Of a DNA stretch of 64,000 bases, positions 11,420-21,775 are shown one piece after another (the stretch's first letter is position 1; each line of letters begins with the position of its first letter). Both the position numbers and the translations under genes were made by a program. Below the pieces are notes generated by a model. It was not told where the DNA came from and did no database searches. It saw nothing but the letters and a program-made list of their open reading frames with translations. Source of the stretch: an uncultured Planctomycetaceae bacterium (lineage in GTDB: Bacteria; Planctomycetota; Planctomycetia; Isosphaerales; Isosphaeraceae); NCBI GenBank assembly GCA_963833985.1, contig CAWIAD010000002.1, positions 1,152,001 through 1,216,000 of the forward strand, read 5' to 3'.

Positions 11420-12153
11420 GGTTGCCGTGAAGCTTTACTCGGCGGTCACGGACCAGCAGATTCACTTCCACCTCCTGCACAGGAAAGATCGAACTCGACT
11501 CCAGCAGCGCATGGTGGACCGCGAGACGCAGCAACCCGTACCGCTTGACGAGGCCAGGAAGGCATTCGAGGCGGAAGGCGGCCAGTTCATCGAGGTGACC
11601 CGAGAGGAAATCGAGCAGGCCGTCCCTGCGGCCAGCCGCGCGCTCCGAGTCAGCCAGTTTGTGAACGGCAACGCCATTGACCTTCAGAGGTTTGACCGAC
11701 CCTACTACCTGGGCCCCGCGGGAGATTCCGAGACCGACTATTTCGCGCTGGTGCAGGCGCTCGAGCAGGCCGGTCTTGTGGGCATCACTTCATGGATCAT
11801 GCGTAAACACACGTATGTGGGTGCTCTCATCGCTCGGCTCGGTTACCTGATGCTGATCACGCTGCGGCATGACGCAGAAATCATTCCGGTCAACCTGCTG
11901 GAACCGCCCGAGGGTGCGGCAGCATCGGCCAGGGAGCGAGACATGGCCATGGCCCTCATCAAGGCGCTCTCGGACGAGTTCCGGCCCGAGAGCTACCACG
12001 ACGAGTATCACCAGCGGGTCCGTGAGCTGATCGACGCCAAGCGCGCCGGCAAGAAAGTGGCGGCCATGCCGGCGCGGCGCGCGGCAAGAGGCATCGCTGG
12101 AAGGATCGCTCCGGGCAAGCCTGCGGCAGGTGGCCGCCCAGCGCCGGAGCTGA
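11370..12153 (+). CDS. ku: NHEJ Ku protein, copy 1 (apparent frameshift near 12080)
   Basis: ARAIWQG, VKLYSA, FHLLH, FDRPYYLGP, FRPESYHDEY. The Ku-like tail ASLEGSLRASL...* lies in another frame and ends at 12153. Confidence 0.88.
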
Positions 12154-12187
12154 GTTCTGACGGGCTCATTGTGCGGAGGATTCATCG

Positions 12188-13185
12188 TGCCACGTGCCAG
12201 GAAAACATCGCGAACCAGACCGAAAGAACCAAAGCCCCGGACGCTGCCGTTCCACGCATTCTGGTCCGGCGCGCTCAGTTTCGGGCTTGTGAACGTGCCG
12301 GTGCTTGTCTTTCCAGCGACCCGTCACGCGGGCATCCGCTTGCGGCTGATCAGCCCGCGGGGCTCACTGCTGGAAAGGCGCTTTTATTGCCCCCAGGACG
12401 GCAAGGACGTCGCGCACGAGGAGATCGTCCGCGGATACGAGCTTGACGACGGTTCCTACGTCGTTGTGAGCGACGACGAGCTCGAGGCGCTCGAACCACA
12501 GAAGAGTCGAGAAATCGAGCTACGCGAATTCGTGGACATCGGCGACCTGCCTCCGACCTTGCTGGAAAGAGGCTACTACCTCACGCCTCAGAAAGAGGCT
12601 GTCCGCGCCTATCGCTTGCTGGCCGAGGTGATGGAGCAGACCCGGAGGGCGGGGATCGCCACGGTCGTGATGCGCGATCGCGAGTACCTGATCGCAATCT
12701 TCGCCCGCAACAGCATCCTCTGCGCGGAGACCCTGCGCTTCGGCGACGAGCTTCGAGACCCGAAAGCCATTGGCTTGCCTGCGCCATCGCCGCCAGACAA
12801 GGCTCGGGTCTCGGCCTTTACCCGATCCATCAGCGCACTCTTTCGCAAGACCCTGGTCCACCAGGAGCTGGCGGACGAGGCCACGGAAGCTCTCCGCAAG
12901 CTCATCGAGAAGAAGCAAAAGCAGGGGCGCGACATCATCCGCGCAGCACCGGAGGCCGGCGATCCGGGTGAAGCCGGCAGTCCCGACGCGGATGGCGATG
13001 ATCCGGACGAGCAGGGGGATCTGCTCGAGACAATCCGGCAGAGCCTGCGGCACGCGGGCAGCGCGTCAGGCTCGAAGAGTTCGCCGGGCAAGAGCAAGGC
13101 CGGCCAGCCGCGGCGTACCAGAAAGGATGAGGGGACGGCATGGTCCCGCGGCAAGAAGCCCTCCCGAACCCGCAAAGGCGGTTAG
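12188..13185 (+). CDS. ku: NHEJ Ku protein, copy 2
   Basis: FWSGALSFGLVNVPV, IVRGYE, REIELREFV, YYLTP, AYRLLAEVM, DLLETIRQSL plus basic tail; GGAGG RBS before GTG. Confidence 0.92.
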
Positions 13186-13321
13186 CGGGCAGAGGTCAAC
13201 CGTTGCATTGCCCCGTGGGTTCCGGCGCGGCCGCTGTCTGGATAAGCTCCTGGTTGAGGAATCAAAAACCTTGCTCGATGGCGTCGTGAAGTGACCGGCT
13301 CTCATCCAGGCAGAATCTCGC

Positions 13322-15986
13322 ATGGGACTGAAAGAATACCATCGCAAGAGAGACTTCGAGCACACCGATGAGCCCGAGGGCCGTATCGGGGCGCAGGCTG
13401 GCAGCCGGTACCTCGTGCAGAAGCACGCCGCCAGCCGCCTGCATTACGATTTCCGCCTCGAGCTTGACGGGGTACTCAAGAGCTGGGCGATACCCAAGGG
13501 GCCCAGCCTCGACCCCCGGGTCAAATCGCTCGCGGTGCACGTGGAAGACCACCCCATCGATTATGGGACGTTTGAGGGTGTGATTCCCCAGGGCCAGTAC
13601 GGCGGCGGGACGGTCATGCTCTGGGACCGAGGGACCTGGGAACCCGAAGGTGATGCCGCAACGATGTACCAGCAGGGAAAGCTGGTTTTCCGGATCCACG
13701 GCGAGCGTTTGCGAGGCCGCTGGGCGCTCATCCGCATGGGTGGCAAGGCCGGGCAGGATGGCAAGAACTGGCTGCTGAAAAAGCTCGAGGACGAGGACGC
13801 CCGGCCCCGGGAGGAGTTTGACGTCTTGACGCATACCGGCAGCGTGGCCACCGGGCGGAGCATGGACGAAATCGCCAGCGGAGCGAATCCGTCGGCCCAG
13901 GCGGCAAGGTCAACGCCCGGCTCGCGCAAGGCCCATCGTTCCAGCCGGCCCGACACACGCGTTCGCAAGCGTCCCAACGCCCGTGCGCTCGACCCTGCCG
14001 GGCTCGAGGGAGCCAGGCGGACCGCGATGCCGCTCAAGGTTGCGCCCGAGCTGCCGCTCCTGGTGGAGCGGCTTCCCGGCGATGACGGTTGGCTTCATGA
14101 GCTGAAGCTCGATGGCTACCGCCTGATCGGCGTGGTCCGGGCCGGAGAGCCGTCACTCCGCACGCGCCGCTGGAACGACTGGACGCACCGGTTTCCCGCG
14201 ATTGCTCGGGCACTCCGTGAGCTGCATCTCGAGAACGCGATCCTCGACGGCGAGATCGTCGCGCTCCGCAAGGATGGCAGCACCGATTTTCAGGCCCTGC
14301 AAAACAGCTTGCAGGAGGCCGGCGGTGTCCCGCTGGTTTACTTCGTCTTCGACCTGCTCTACTACCGCGGGCACGACCTGCGCCAGGTCGCGCTCATCGA
14401 CCGCAAGTCACTGTTATCGCGAATCCTCGAGGCCAGGCCACCTTCCAGGTGGGTCCGCTACAGCGGCCATATCGCAGGCCAGGGAAACGAGGTCTACTCC
14501 CGTGCCTGCGGCCACGGCCTGGAGGGGATCGTGGCCAAGCGAGCCGGCAGCCCGTACCTCGGGCGGCGGACCTCGGACTGGGTGAAGATCAAGTGTCTGA
14601 AACGCCAGGAATTCGTGATCGGCGGCTGGACCGAGCCCGGCGGCCGCCGCCAGTCCCTGGGCGCCTTGCTGCTGGGCTACTTCGAGGGACCGTCGCAGCT
14701 TGTCTACTGTGGACGCGTGGGGACCGGTTTCACGGAAGGGTCCCTGCGCGATCTGCACAGGGCGCTGCGGGCCGTCGAGAGCAAGCAATCTCCGTTTCGC
14801 AATCGTCCTTCCGGCATGGCCGCACGTGGCGTCATCCACTGGGCCGATCCGGTCGTCGTCGCGGAGATCGCGTTCTCCGCCTGGACCGCCGATGGCATGT
14901 TGCGCCACGCCTCGTTTCAGGGAATTCGAGAGGACAAGGACCCGCCGGAGATCACGCGGGAAATCCCAGCGGCCGGACCCGCGCCCGGGAACCACGGCGG
15001 GGCGGAGGAGCGATCCTCCAGGCGGACCGGCCGGATGAACGCTGCGCCCCGTCGATCGGACCCGCAGCCAGCAGCGAGCGACCGATTCGCGGGCGTGCGG
15101 CTGTCTCATCCCGGCCGCATCCTGTTTCCCGACGAGAAGCTTACCAAGCGCGACCTGGCGGCTTACTACGAATCCATTGCGGACTTCATCTTGCCCCATA
15201 TTGTGGGCCGGCCGCTCTCCCTGGTGCGCTGTCCGGATGGATCCGGAAAGCCGTGCTTCTACCAGAAGCATCTCGGGACATCGATGCCGCCGTCCGTCCG
15301 CGGCATCGCCGTGACCGAGAAGGCCGGAGCGGGAGTGTCCATTGTCATCGACGACCTGGCGGGATTGATCTCGCTCGTGCAAATGGGAGTGCTGGAGATC
15401 CATCCGTGGGGGAGCCGGGAAGATCGACTGGATCGTCCCGACCGCTTGATCGTCGACCTGGACCCGGCCGAAGGCGTGCCCTGGGCTCACGTGGTACAGG
15501 CCGCGCTGCACGTCAGGCAACGGCTCGCGGAACTGCGGCTCGAGAGCTTTGTGCGGACGACTGGCGGCAAGGGATTGCACATTGTTGTGCCGATCTCCCG
15601 GCGCACGCCGTGACCCGATCTCAAAGCTTTCGCCAGGTCGCTTGCCGACGCACTGGTCCGCGCAGCCCGATCGATACATCGCCCAGTCCAGCAAGGCCCG
15701 GCGGGCCGGCAAGATTTATGTGGATTACCTGCGAAACGAAAAAGGAGCCACCGCAGTCGCTTGCTACTCGACGCGCGCACGGCGCGGCGCGACGGTCGCA
15801 ACTCCCCTCTCATGGGATGAGCTTTCCGAGTCGTTACGGCCGGAGCAGTTCACGATGCGCACCGTGCCCGAACGGCTGCGGACGATCAAGGACGATCCAT
15901 GGGCGGGTTTTTTCGCGATCCGCCAGACCATCAGCAAGACCATGGCCACCAGCCTGGAGCGCTCGTCGGGTCCCGCCCGGACCTGA
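13322..15986 (+). CDS. ligD: DNA ligase D (phosphoesterase-ligase-polymerase), interrupted by TGA at 15611 and a frameshift near 15663
   Basis: QKHAASRLHYDFRLE (PE domain), ELKLDGYR and EGIVAK (ligase), RCPDG..FYQKH, DLDP, TTGGKGLH, IYVDYLRN (POL; tail in the 15549..15986 frame). Confidence 0.93.
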
Positions 15987-16215
15987 CCTTGCTTTTGTGC
16001 TCTGATGCTCTCATTTTTCGTTTTCTGTTTTGCGGTTGCCGCCGGACCTCACCATACTGAGGCTGCGTTGATGCCGCTTCGCGTAACCTCGGCCCGTAGG
16101 TTTGCATCCACGAGACAGCATGGACCCGGGTGAGAGGTACTTCGAAGCAGGCAAACCGTGTCGCGATGACGAGCGCTGGCAGGCCGGATCTGCCTGAAGA
16201 GCAAGGAGACCGTCC

Positions 16216-18198
16216 ATGGGCGCCGCAGCCAGTCCCTTCACCATCACGCAGCAGAACATCAACGTGAACACGCCGTTCGGGGCGAACCTGATGGCGGGCG
16301 GGGCCACGTTTCGCGTCTGGGCTCCGCGGGCGATCGAGGTCCACCTGATGCTCAATGGCAACGCCGCAACCTGGCAACCCAATCCGTCGACCCTGCTCGC
16401 GAAGGACAGTGCCACCGGCATTTGGAGCGGCTTCATCTCGGGGGTTCTCGACGGCGACCGGTATCGCTTCTTCGTCGTCGGCCCGGGTGGCCGCGGTTTC
16501 AAGCGCGACCCGTACGCACGCGAGCTCGGACCGCACTTTCCCGACTGTGATTGCATCGTCCGCGATCCGCGTGCATTCCCCTGGCAAGAGGGCGATTATC
16601 GCACTCCCGATTTCAGCGACCTGATCATTTACCAATTTCACATCGGCACGTTCTATCGGGTTGTGAATGGCCAGGACGACCGGCCGAATCATATCGCCAA
16701 ACTGCTTGATGCCCTCCAGCGCATGCCCGACCTGGCTGACCTGGGTGTGAACGCCGTCGAACCGCTGCCGATCGACGAATGTGTCGGCGATATCACCCTC
16801 GGCTACAACGGGACCGATTACTTCTCTCCCGAAGAGGCGTACATGGTCCCCCCCGCGGAGGTCGGTCCTTACTTCAGCATGGTCAACAACCTGCTGGCCG
16901 CCAGGGGGAAGGCAGCGCTGCCGGCAGGAGCACTCGATAGCCAGGTGGGCCAGGTCAAGGCGTTCGTCGCTGTCTGCCACGCCTACGGCATGGCGGTGCT
17001 GCTGGACGTGGTCTACAACCATGCGGGCGGACCGTTTGACGACCAGAGCCTCTACTTCCTGGATCGGGCGAAGTTCACCAGCAACGCGGATAGCCTCTAT
17101 TTCAACAACAACTCATGGGCCGGCGGACTAGCCTTCGAGTACCGTGAGCCGCGCGTCCGCGAGCTGCTCATCAACAACACACTCTACTGGCTGAACGAGT
17201 GCCACACGGACGGTTTCCGCTATGACGAGGTGACGGTCATCGACGGCTTCGGCGGCTGGGGCTTCTGCCAGCAGATGACCAATCTCCTCCATCACGACCA
17301 TCCCCGGGCGATCAACATCGCCGAGTACTGGCGCGACGACCAGTCGTGGGTCATCAAGGCGACAGGGCAGGGGGGCGCCGGGTTCGACGCGGTCTGGTAC
17401 TCAGGCCTGCGCGGGGCCATTCGCGGGGTCCTGGGCCAGGCGGCAGGTGGCGCCGGGGCCGCGGTGAACTTCGACCCCGTGCGGGACACTCTCTCCCGGC
17501 CGGGAGGATTCACGGCCGCCTGGCAGGCCGTGCAGCACCTGGAGAACCACGACAAGGTTCGCGTGGACAGCAACGATCGCGAGCCGCGGATCGCCGCGCT
17601 GGCCGGTGGCGACAACTCGCGCTCCTGGTACGGCCGCAGCCGCACGCGCGTGGCAACCGGTCTGCTCATGACCGCGCCGGGCATCCCGATGCTCTTCATG
17701 GGTGAAGAGATGCTCGAAGACAAGCTCTGGAGTGAGAACCCTCTGGCACATCCCGGTACCCTGATCTGGTGGGACGGCTACCTCTCAGGCAAGGACCGTG
17801 CCGCGGTGGGCCAGCGCTGGTTCACGCACGACGTCGCCTGGCTGCGGCGTCGCTACAAGGCACTGCGGGGCGAGTCGATCAACACGTTCCACGTGCACAA
17901 CCTGAACCGGGTGATCGCCTTTCATCGCTGGGTGGAGTTCGAGGGACGCGACGTGGTGGTCGTCGCCAGCCTGAACGAGTTCACCCAGTTCGGCTATGTC
18001 CTGGGCTTCCCCCAGCCGGGTCGCTGGCTCGAGGTCTTCAATGGGGAAATATACGACAACGCCGGCAACCCCAGTCCCGCCGGCAATGGCGGGTCCATCA
18101 TGGCAAATGGACCGCCCGCCCACGGCCTCCCCTGGTCGGCACCCATCGTCATCCCGGCCAACGGCTTCCTGGTCTTCGCCCGCAACCAGGGGGACTGA
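16216..18198 (+). CDS. GH13 alpha-amylase family / 1,4-alpha-glucan branching enzyme-like
   Basis: TFRVWAP (CBM48-like), DVVYNH, DGFRYDE, IAEYW, ENHD, PGIPMLFMGEE. Confidence 0.88.
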   Translation: MGAAASPFTITQQNINVNTPFGANLMAGGATFRVWAPRAIEVHLMLNGNAATWQPNPSTLLAKDSATGIWSGFISGVLDGDRYRFFVVGPGGRGFKRDPYARELGPHFPDCDCIVRDPRAFPWQEGDYRTPDFSDLIIYQFHIGTFYRVVNGQDDRPNHIAKLLDALQRMPDLADLGVNAVEPLPIDECVGDITLGYNGTDYFSPEEAYMVPPAEVGPYFSMVNNLLAARGKAALPAGALDSQVGQVKAFVAVCHAYGMAVLLDVVYNHAGGPFDDQSLYFLDRAKFTSNADSLYFNNNSWAGGLAFEYREPRVRELLINNTLYWLNECHTDGFRYDEVTVIDGFGGWGFCQQMTNLLHHDHPRAINIAEYWRDDQSWVIKATGQGGAGFDAVWYSGLRGAIRGVLGQAAGGAGAAVNFDPVRDTLSRPGGFTAAWQAVQHLENHDKVRVDSNDREPRIAALAGGDNSRSWYGRSRTRVATGLLMTAPGIPMLFMGEEMLEDKLWSENPLAHPGTLIWWDGYLSGKDRAAVGQRWFTHDVAWLRRRYKALRGESINTFHVHNLNRVIAFHRWVEFEGRDVVVVASLNEFTQFGYVLGFPQPGRWLEVFNGEIYDNAGNPSPAGNGGSIMANGPPAHGLPWSAPIVIPANGFLVFARNQGD

Positions 18199-18326
18199 GC
18201 CACCGTGGACTGCCGGCGCTTCACGGCGCCGAACCCCACCGAGCTGATACAGACGGCCCCTGGGGATGAATTCAAGACAGACGAACGCGCCCGGCGAGGC
18301 GGCTTCCGTGGCTCTCGGATCAAGGT

Positions 18327-20552
18327 TCAGAGTTCCACATCGAGCGGGTCGCCGACGAACCGGATGGCGCGGGTTGCCTTGTCCGGGACCAGCCGCACCA
18401 GGAAGTCGCGGGCCAGCGGGGGCCGCATCCTCGATCCCCTGGCGAGCCGGAGGGTCAGTCGGCGTTGAGTATCGTCCCAGGCCATCTCGATGCCCGTCCA
18501 ATCGCCCTTGAGATAACCGGACGTGATGCCGTCGTCATCGTAGAGGGTGAATGCGCCACGGGCGCCGGGGTAGATGCGCAGCTCCGTCGGGGCATCGACG
18601 GGCTCGCCAGTGTACTGCTTGACGGGGCCCAGGGGGATGATGGCTCCGGCCCTGACAAACAAGGGGATCGTCGCCAGGTCGGCGGGCCTGACGATTTCAC
18701 GGCCGCCTTCCAGCTTTTCCTCGGTCCAGAAGTCGTACCAGAGCCCGCGCGGCAGATAGGTCTTCCAGGACGTCGCCCCCTTCTTCGTCACGGGCGCGAC
18801 CAGCAGATCGCGGCCCCATAGATACTCGTCGCCCCGGACCACGGCCGCCGGGTCGTCGGGGTGATGAAGCCACAGCGACCGCATGATCGGCAGCCCCGTC
18901 ACGTGCCCCTCGTGCAAGGCGCTGTAAAGGTAAGGCAAAAGGCGATAGCGGAGTTCGAGGTACTTGCGGCAGATCGGCTCGACCTGTGCGTTGTGCAGCT
19001 CCGCGGGGTCCGGGTTGGCCGCATCGCCGTAGGTCCGGACCTCGTCCGGCCCGAGCTCCCCTGTGTTCCAGCCCCAGGGCAGACGCAGCTTCCACGTCCG
19101 CCCGTGCGATCGGAACAACGGGCAAAACGCCGCGAACTGGAACCAGCGGACATAGAGCTCACCCGTGAATTCCCGGGTCGGGACGAACCCGCCGATGTCC
19201 GTGCCCCAGAGGGGGATGCCGCTCAGGCCCGTGTTGATAGCGATCGGCACCTGGGTCTTCAGGGTCTCCCACGTGGAATACACATCCCCCGACCAGAGGA
19301 ACGCGGCGTAGCGCTGCATGCCGGCGTAGCCGTTGCGGTGCAGGGCGAAGGGGCGGGCGTCGGGCCGGTCAAGCTGCTCGCCCTCGTAGTACATGCGGAT
19401 CCGCGCGAGCCGTGAGGGAATATCAAGCGGGTCTCCTTCGTCCGGCCACCAGCCGTCGAAGTACGGCTGCACCCTGCGATGGGCGTTCCAGTAGCTGGCC
19501 GCGGACGACTCGTCGACGACGGCCGGGTCGAACGGGTCCCGCACCGAGCCGCGCAGCGAGCGTGCCCGGATGACCACGTGCGGCACGACCCGAAAGTGGA
19601 GCGCCCGCAGCGCGTCGATCTCAACCTTGGGCTCGGGGAACACGGCGCGGTTGAAGTCCCATGAACCGTGGCCGGTGTTCCAGCCGGACGGGCAGAAGCC
19701 GGTCCCGAGATAGATCATCGTGTCGCAGGGGAGCTTCTTCTCGCGAAAGGTCCGGGCCTCGTTGAGGATCTCCTCGCGGCTGGCCAGGGTCCGGTGCGAC
19801 TGCTGGTAGCCGAGCGACCAGAGCGGGGGCAGCGCCGGGAACCCCATCAGCCGCGCGTATCCGGCCATGATCGAAGCGGGCTCGCGGCTCGTCACCACGA
19901 ACAGGTCCATGGGCAGCGCAGAGGCTATTTCGTGCGGCAGGTACTTTCCCTCGCCGCCAGTCAGGTCGACGGAGCCGTAAGGCCGATGGATGAACATGGC
20001 CCAGCCGGACGTGCCGATCAGCCAGGGGATCGGTACCCGGCCGCCGTGGGTGCGCAGGCGGTATCCGCCCTGACCGCTTCGCATCCGGTCGGCGGAGCCC
20101 CGGTGGTCGAACTGCGGGCCGCCCTCGCCCAGCCCCAGCACCGGGCCGTCTCCCAGCTCGAACGCGAGCGCGCCGGTTTGCTCGTCGACCCGCAGGCGCT
20201 GCACCAGCCGGCCGTCCTTCGCCTCGATGCGGATCGTCAGCGGGTTGCCCGAGACTGTCACACGAGAATCGCCACAGGCGGCCACCCGGGGCTCGGCCAG
20301 CGACATGAGGCGGAGGATCGGCGCGCCACTCTCGTGCGGGACAAGCGACCCATCGGCGGGGATCGGCTGCGGCCGCCCTTCCTCCATCGCCGTCACGCTG
20401 ATGCGGACGATGGACGGGCCGATGGGCGTGACGCTGAGCTCGACCTCCCTCCCGGCAATCTTCAGCCGCTCATCCCTGGCCGCCCGCCGCCGGGCTGGGA
20501 GCAAAGAAGTGATTCCCAGGCCCTTGAGAATGATCCTGCGCGAGATCGGCAT
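18327..20552 (-). CDS. GH31 glycoside hydrolase with Tat-like signal
   Basis: MPISRRIILK; WWPDEG, WSGDV, GTDIGGF, RWFQFAAFCPLFRSHG, YLPRG.WYDFW. Confidence 0.9.
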   Translation of the reverse strand: MPISRRIILKGLGITSLLPARRRAARDERLKIAGREVELSVTPIGPSIVRISVTAMEEGRPQPIPADGSLVPHESGAPILRLMSLAEPRVAACGDSRVTVSGNPLTIRIEAKDGRLVQRLRVDEQTGALAFELGDGPVLGLGEGGPQFDHRGSADRMRSGQGGYRLRTHGGRVPIPWLIGTSGWAMFIHRPYGSVDLTGGEGKYLPHEIASALPMDLFVVTSREPASIMAGYARLMGFPALPPLWSLGYQQSHRTLASREEILNEARTFREKKLPCDTMIYLGTGFCPSGWNTGHGSWDFNRAVFPEPKVEIDALRALHFRVVPHVVIRARSLRGSVRDPFDPAVVDESSAASYWNAHRRVQPYFDGWWPDEGDPLDIPSRLARIRMYYEGEQLDRPDARPFALHRNGYAGMQRYAAFLWSGDVYSTWETLKTQVPIAINTGLSGIPLWGTDIGGFVPTREFTGELYVRWFQFAAFCPLFRSHGRTWKLRLPWGWNTGELGPDEVRTYGDAANPDPAELHNAQVEPICRKYLELRYRLLPYLYSALHEGHVTGLPIMRSLWLHHPDDPAAVVRGDEYLWGRDLLVAPVTKKGATSWKTYLPRGLWYDFWTEEKLEGGREIVRPADLATIPLFVRAGAIIPLGPVKQYTGEPVDAPTELRIYPGARGAFTLYDDDGITSGYLKGDWTGIEMAWDDTQRRLTLRLARGSRMRPPLARDFLVRLVPDKATRAIRFVGDPLDVEL

Positions 20553-20731
20553 GCTCGTGCCCTCCAGTGGGTTGTCATGGGCCACTCCTCGAATCACCTC
20601 GACGACCGGCTCGGCCACGCGGATTTGTTGCAGGCGGGCCAGGTCATCCCGGGCCGTTTCCGATTGTAGCGAGCGGGAATGCTCACGCGGTGATACAATC
20701 CGGGTCTTCATCCTCTCGCCCGGAGCAGCCG

Positions 20732-21580
20732 ATGGACAACCTGACCAGGTCGATCGATGGCGTTCGCGTGCCTTCGTTCCTTTATGGTACCGCCTGGAAG
20801 GAGGAGGAAACCCGTCGCCTCACGGAGCTCGCCTTGCAGCAGGGCTTCCGCGGTATCGATACAGCCAATCAGCGCCGCCATTACGACGAGGCCGCGGTGG
20901 GTGGTGCCGTCGCGGCCTCCGTCCATGCCGGCTTGCTGGCTCGCGATGAGCTTTTTCTGCAAACCAAGTACACATTCCAGCGCGGGCAAGACCACAGTCT
21001 GCCCTATGACCCTCGGGCACCCATCGCGGTCCAGGTGGACCAGTCGTTCGCCAGCTCGCTGGAGCACCTGGGCGCCGAGGTCATCGATTCCTACTTGCTC
21101 CACGGACCAACGCAAGGGATTGGACTGACAGCGGCCGACTGGGAGGCATCGCGCGCGCTGGAGGCCATTCAGGAAAGCGGCCGGGCCCGCTTCCTGGGCG
21201 TGAGCAACGTGAATCTCGATCAGGTCCAGGCGCTGTGCCGGCAGGCACGTGTCCGGCCGCGCTTCGTTCAGAACCGCTGCTACGCGCAGCGAGGATGGGA
21301 CCGTGAGGTCCGGGAGTTCTGTGCCGCGAATGGAATCGTCTATCAGGGTTTCTCGCTGCTGACCGCCAACCGCAAGGTGCTGGCTCATCCAGAACTGACC
21401 CGCATCGCCCATCGGCACGGGCGGACGACCAGCCAGATCGTTTTTCGGTTCGCCCTCGAAGTGGGCATGCTCCCCCTGACTGGCACCAGCGACGTCGCCC
21501 ATATGCGGGCCGACCTCGAAGTCTTCGACTTCCGCCTCGATCCCGCGGAGGTGGAGCGAATCGAGAGGCTGGGAGCCTGA
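20732..21580 (+). CDS. Aldo/keto reductase
   Basis: YGTAW, GFRGIDTAN, LFLQTK, DSYLLHGP, LGVSN. Confidence 0.9.
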   Translation: MDNLTRSIDGVRVPSFLYGTAWKEEETRRLTELALQQGFRGIDTANQRRHYDEAAVGGAVAASVHAGLLARDELFLQTKYTFQRGQDHSLPYDPRAPIAVQVDQSFASSLEHLGAEVIDSYLLHGPTQGIGLTAADWEASRALEAIQESGRARFLGVSNVNLDQVQALCRQARVRPRFVQNRCYAQRGWDREVREFCAANGIVYQGFSLLTANRKVLAHPELTRIAHRHGRTTSQIVFRFALEVGMLPLTGTSDVAHMRADLEVFDFRLDPAEVERIERLGA

Positions 21581-21775
21581 CTCGAAATGCTGGCGGCGAA
21601 GGACCGTCGAACACGGCCCGCTGCTCGAAGTGTGCTGAAGCAGAACGCCGTCCGCAGCCGCCCGCGTCGTTCCTCACCCAGCCAGGACGCAGAACCGCGC
21701 TGCCCTGACGTTGTATACTCTGCGTGATGTCTCGGGGGGTTTTCATGATGACGACTGAGACCGAGTGAAGGTGCC

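Noticed and set aside
11250..12446. Ku1 as a 398-aa protein overlapping Ku2
   Set aside because: The Ku-like start is at 11370 and the Ku-like tail ends at 12153 in another frame, so the extension results from a frameshift.
15611..15613. In-frame TGA in ligD as selenocysteine or programmed readthrough
   Set aside because: The position corresponds to a Trp (TGG) in the POL domain and a second lesion follows ~50 bp later. Sequencing error or mutation is simpler.
14414..16005. Long alternative-frame and antisense ORFs (e.g. 14449..16005, 14414..15712; also 4520..5974, 26868..28250, 52033..53277)
   Set aside because: Shadow ORFs over well-supported genes, expected in high-GC DNA, with Arg/Pro/Ala-rich non-protein-like composition.
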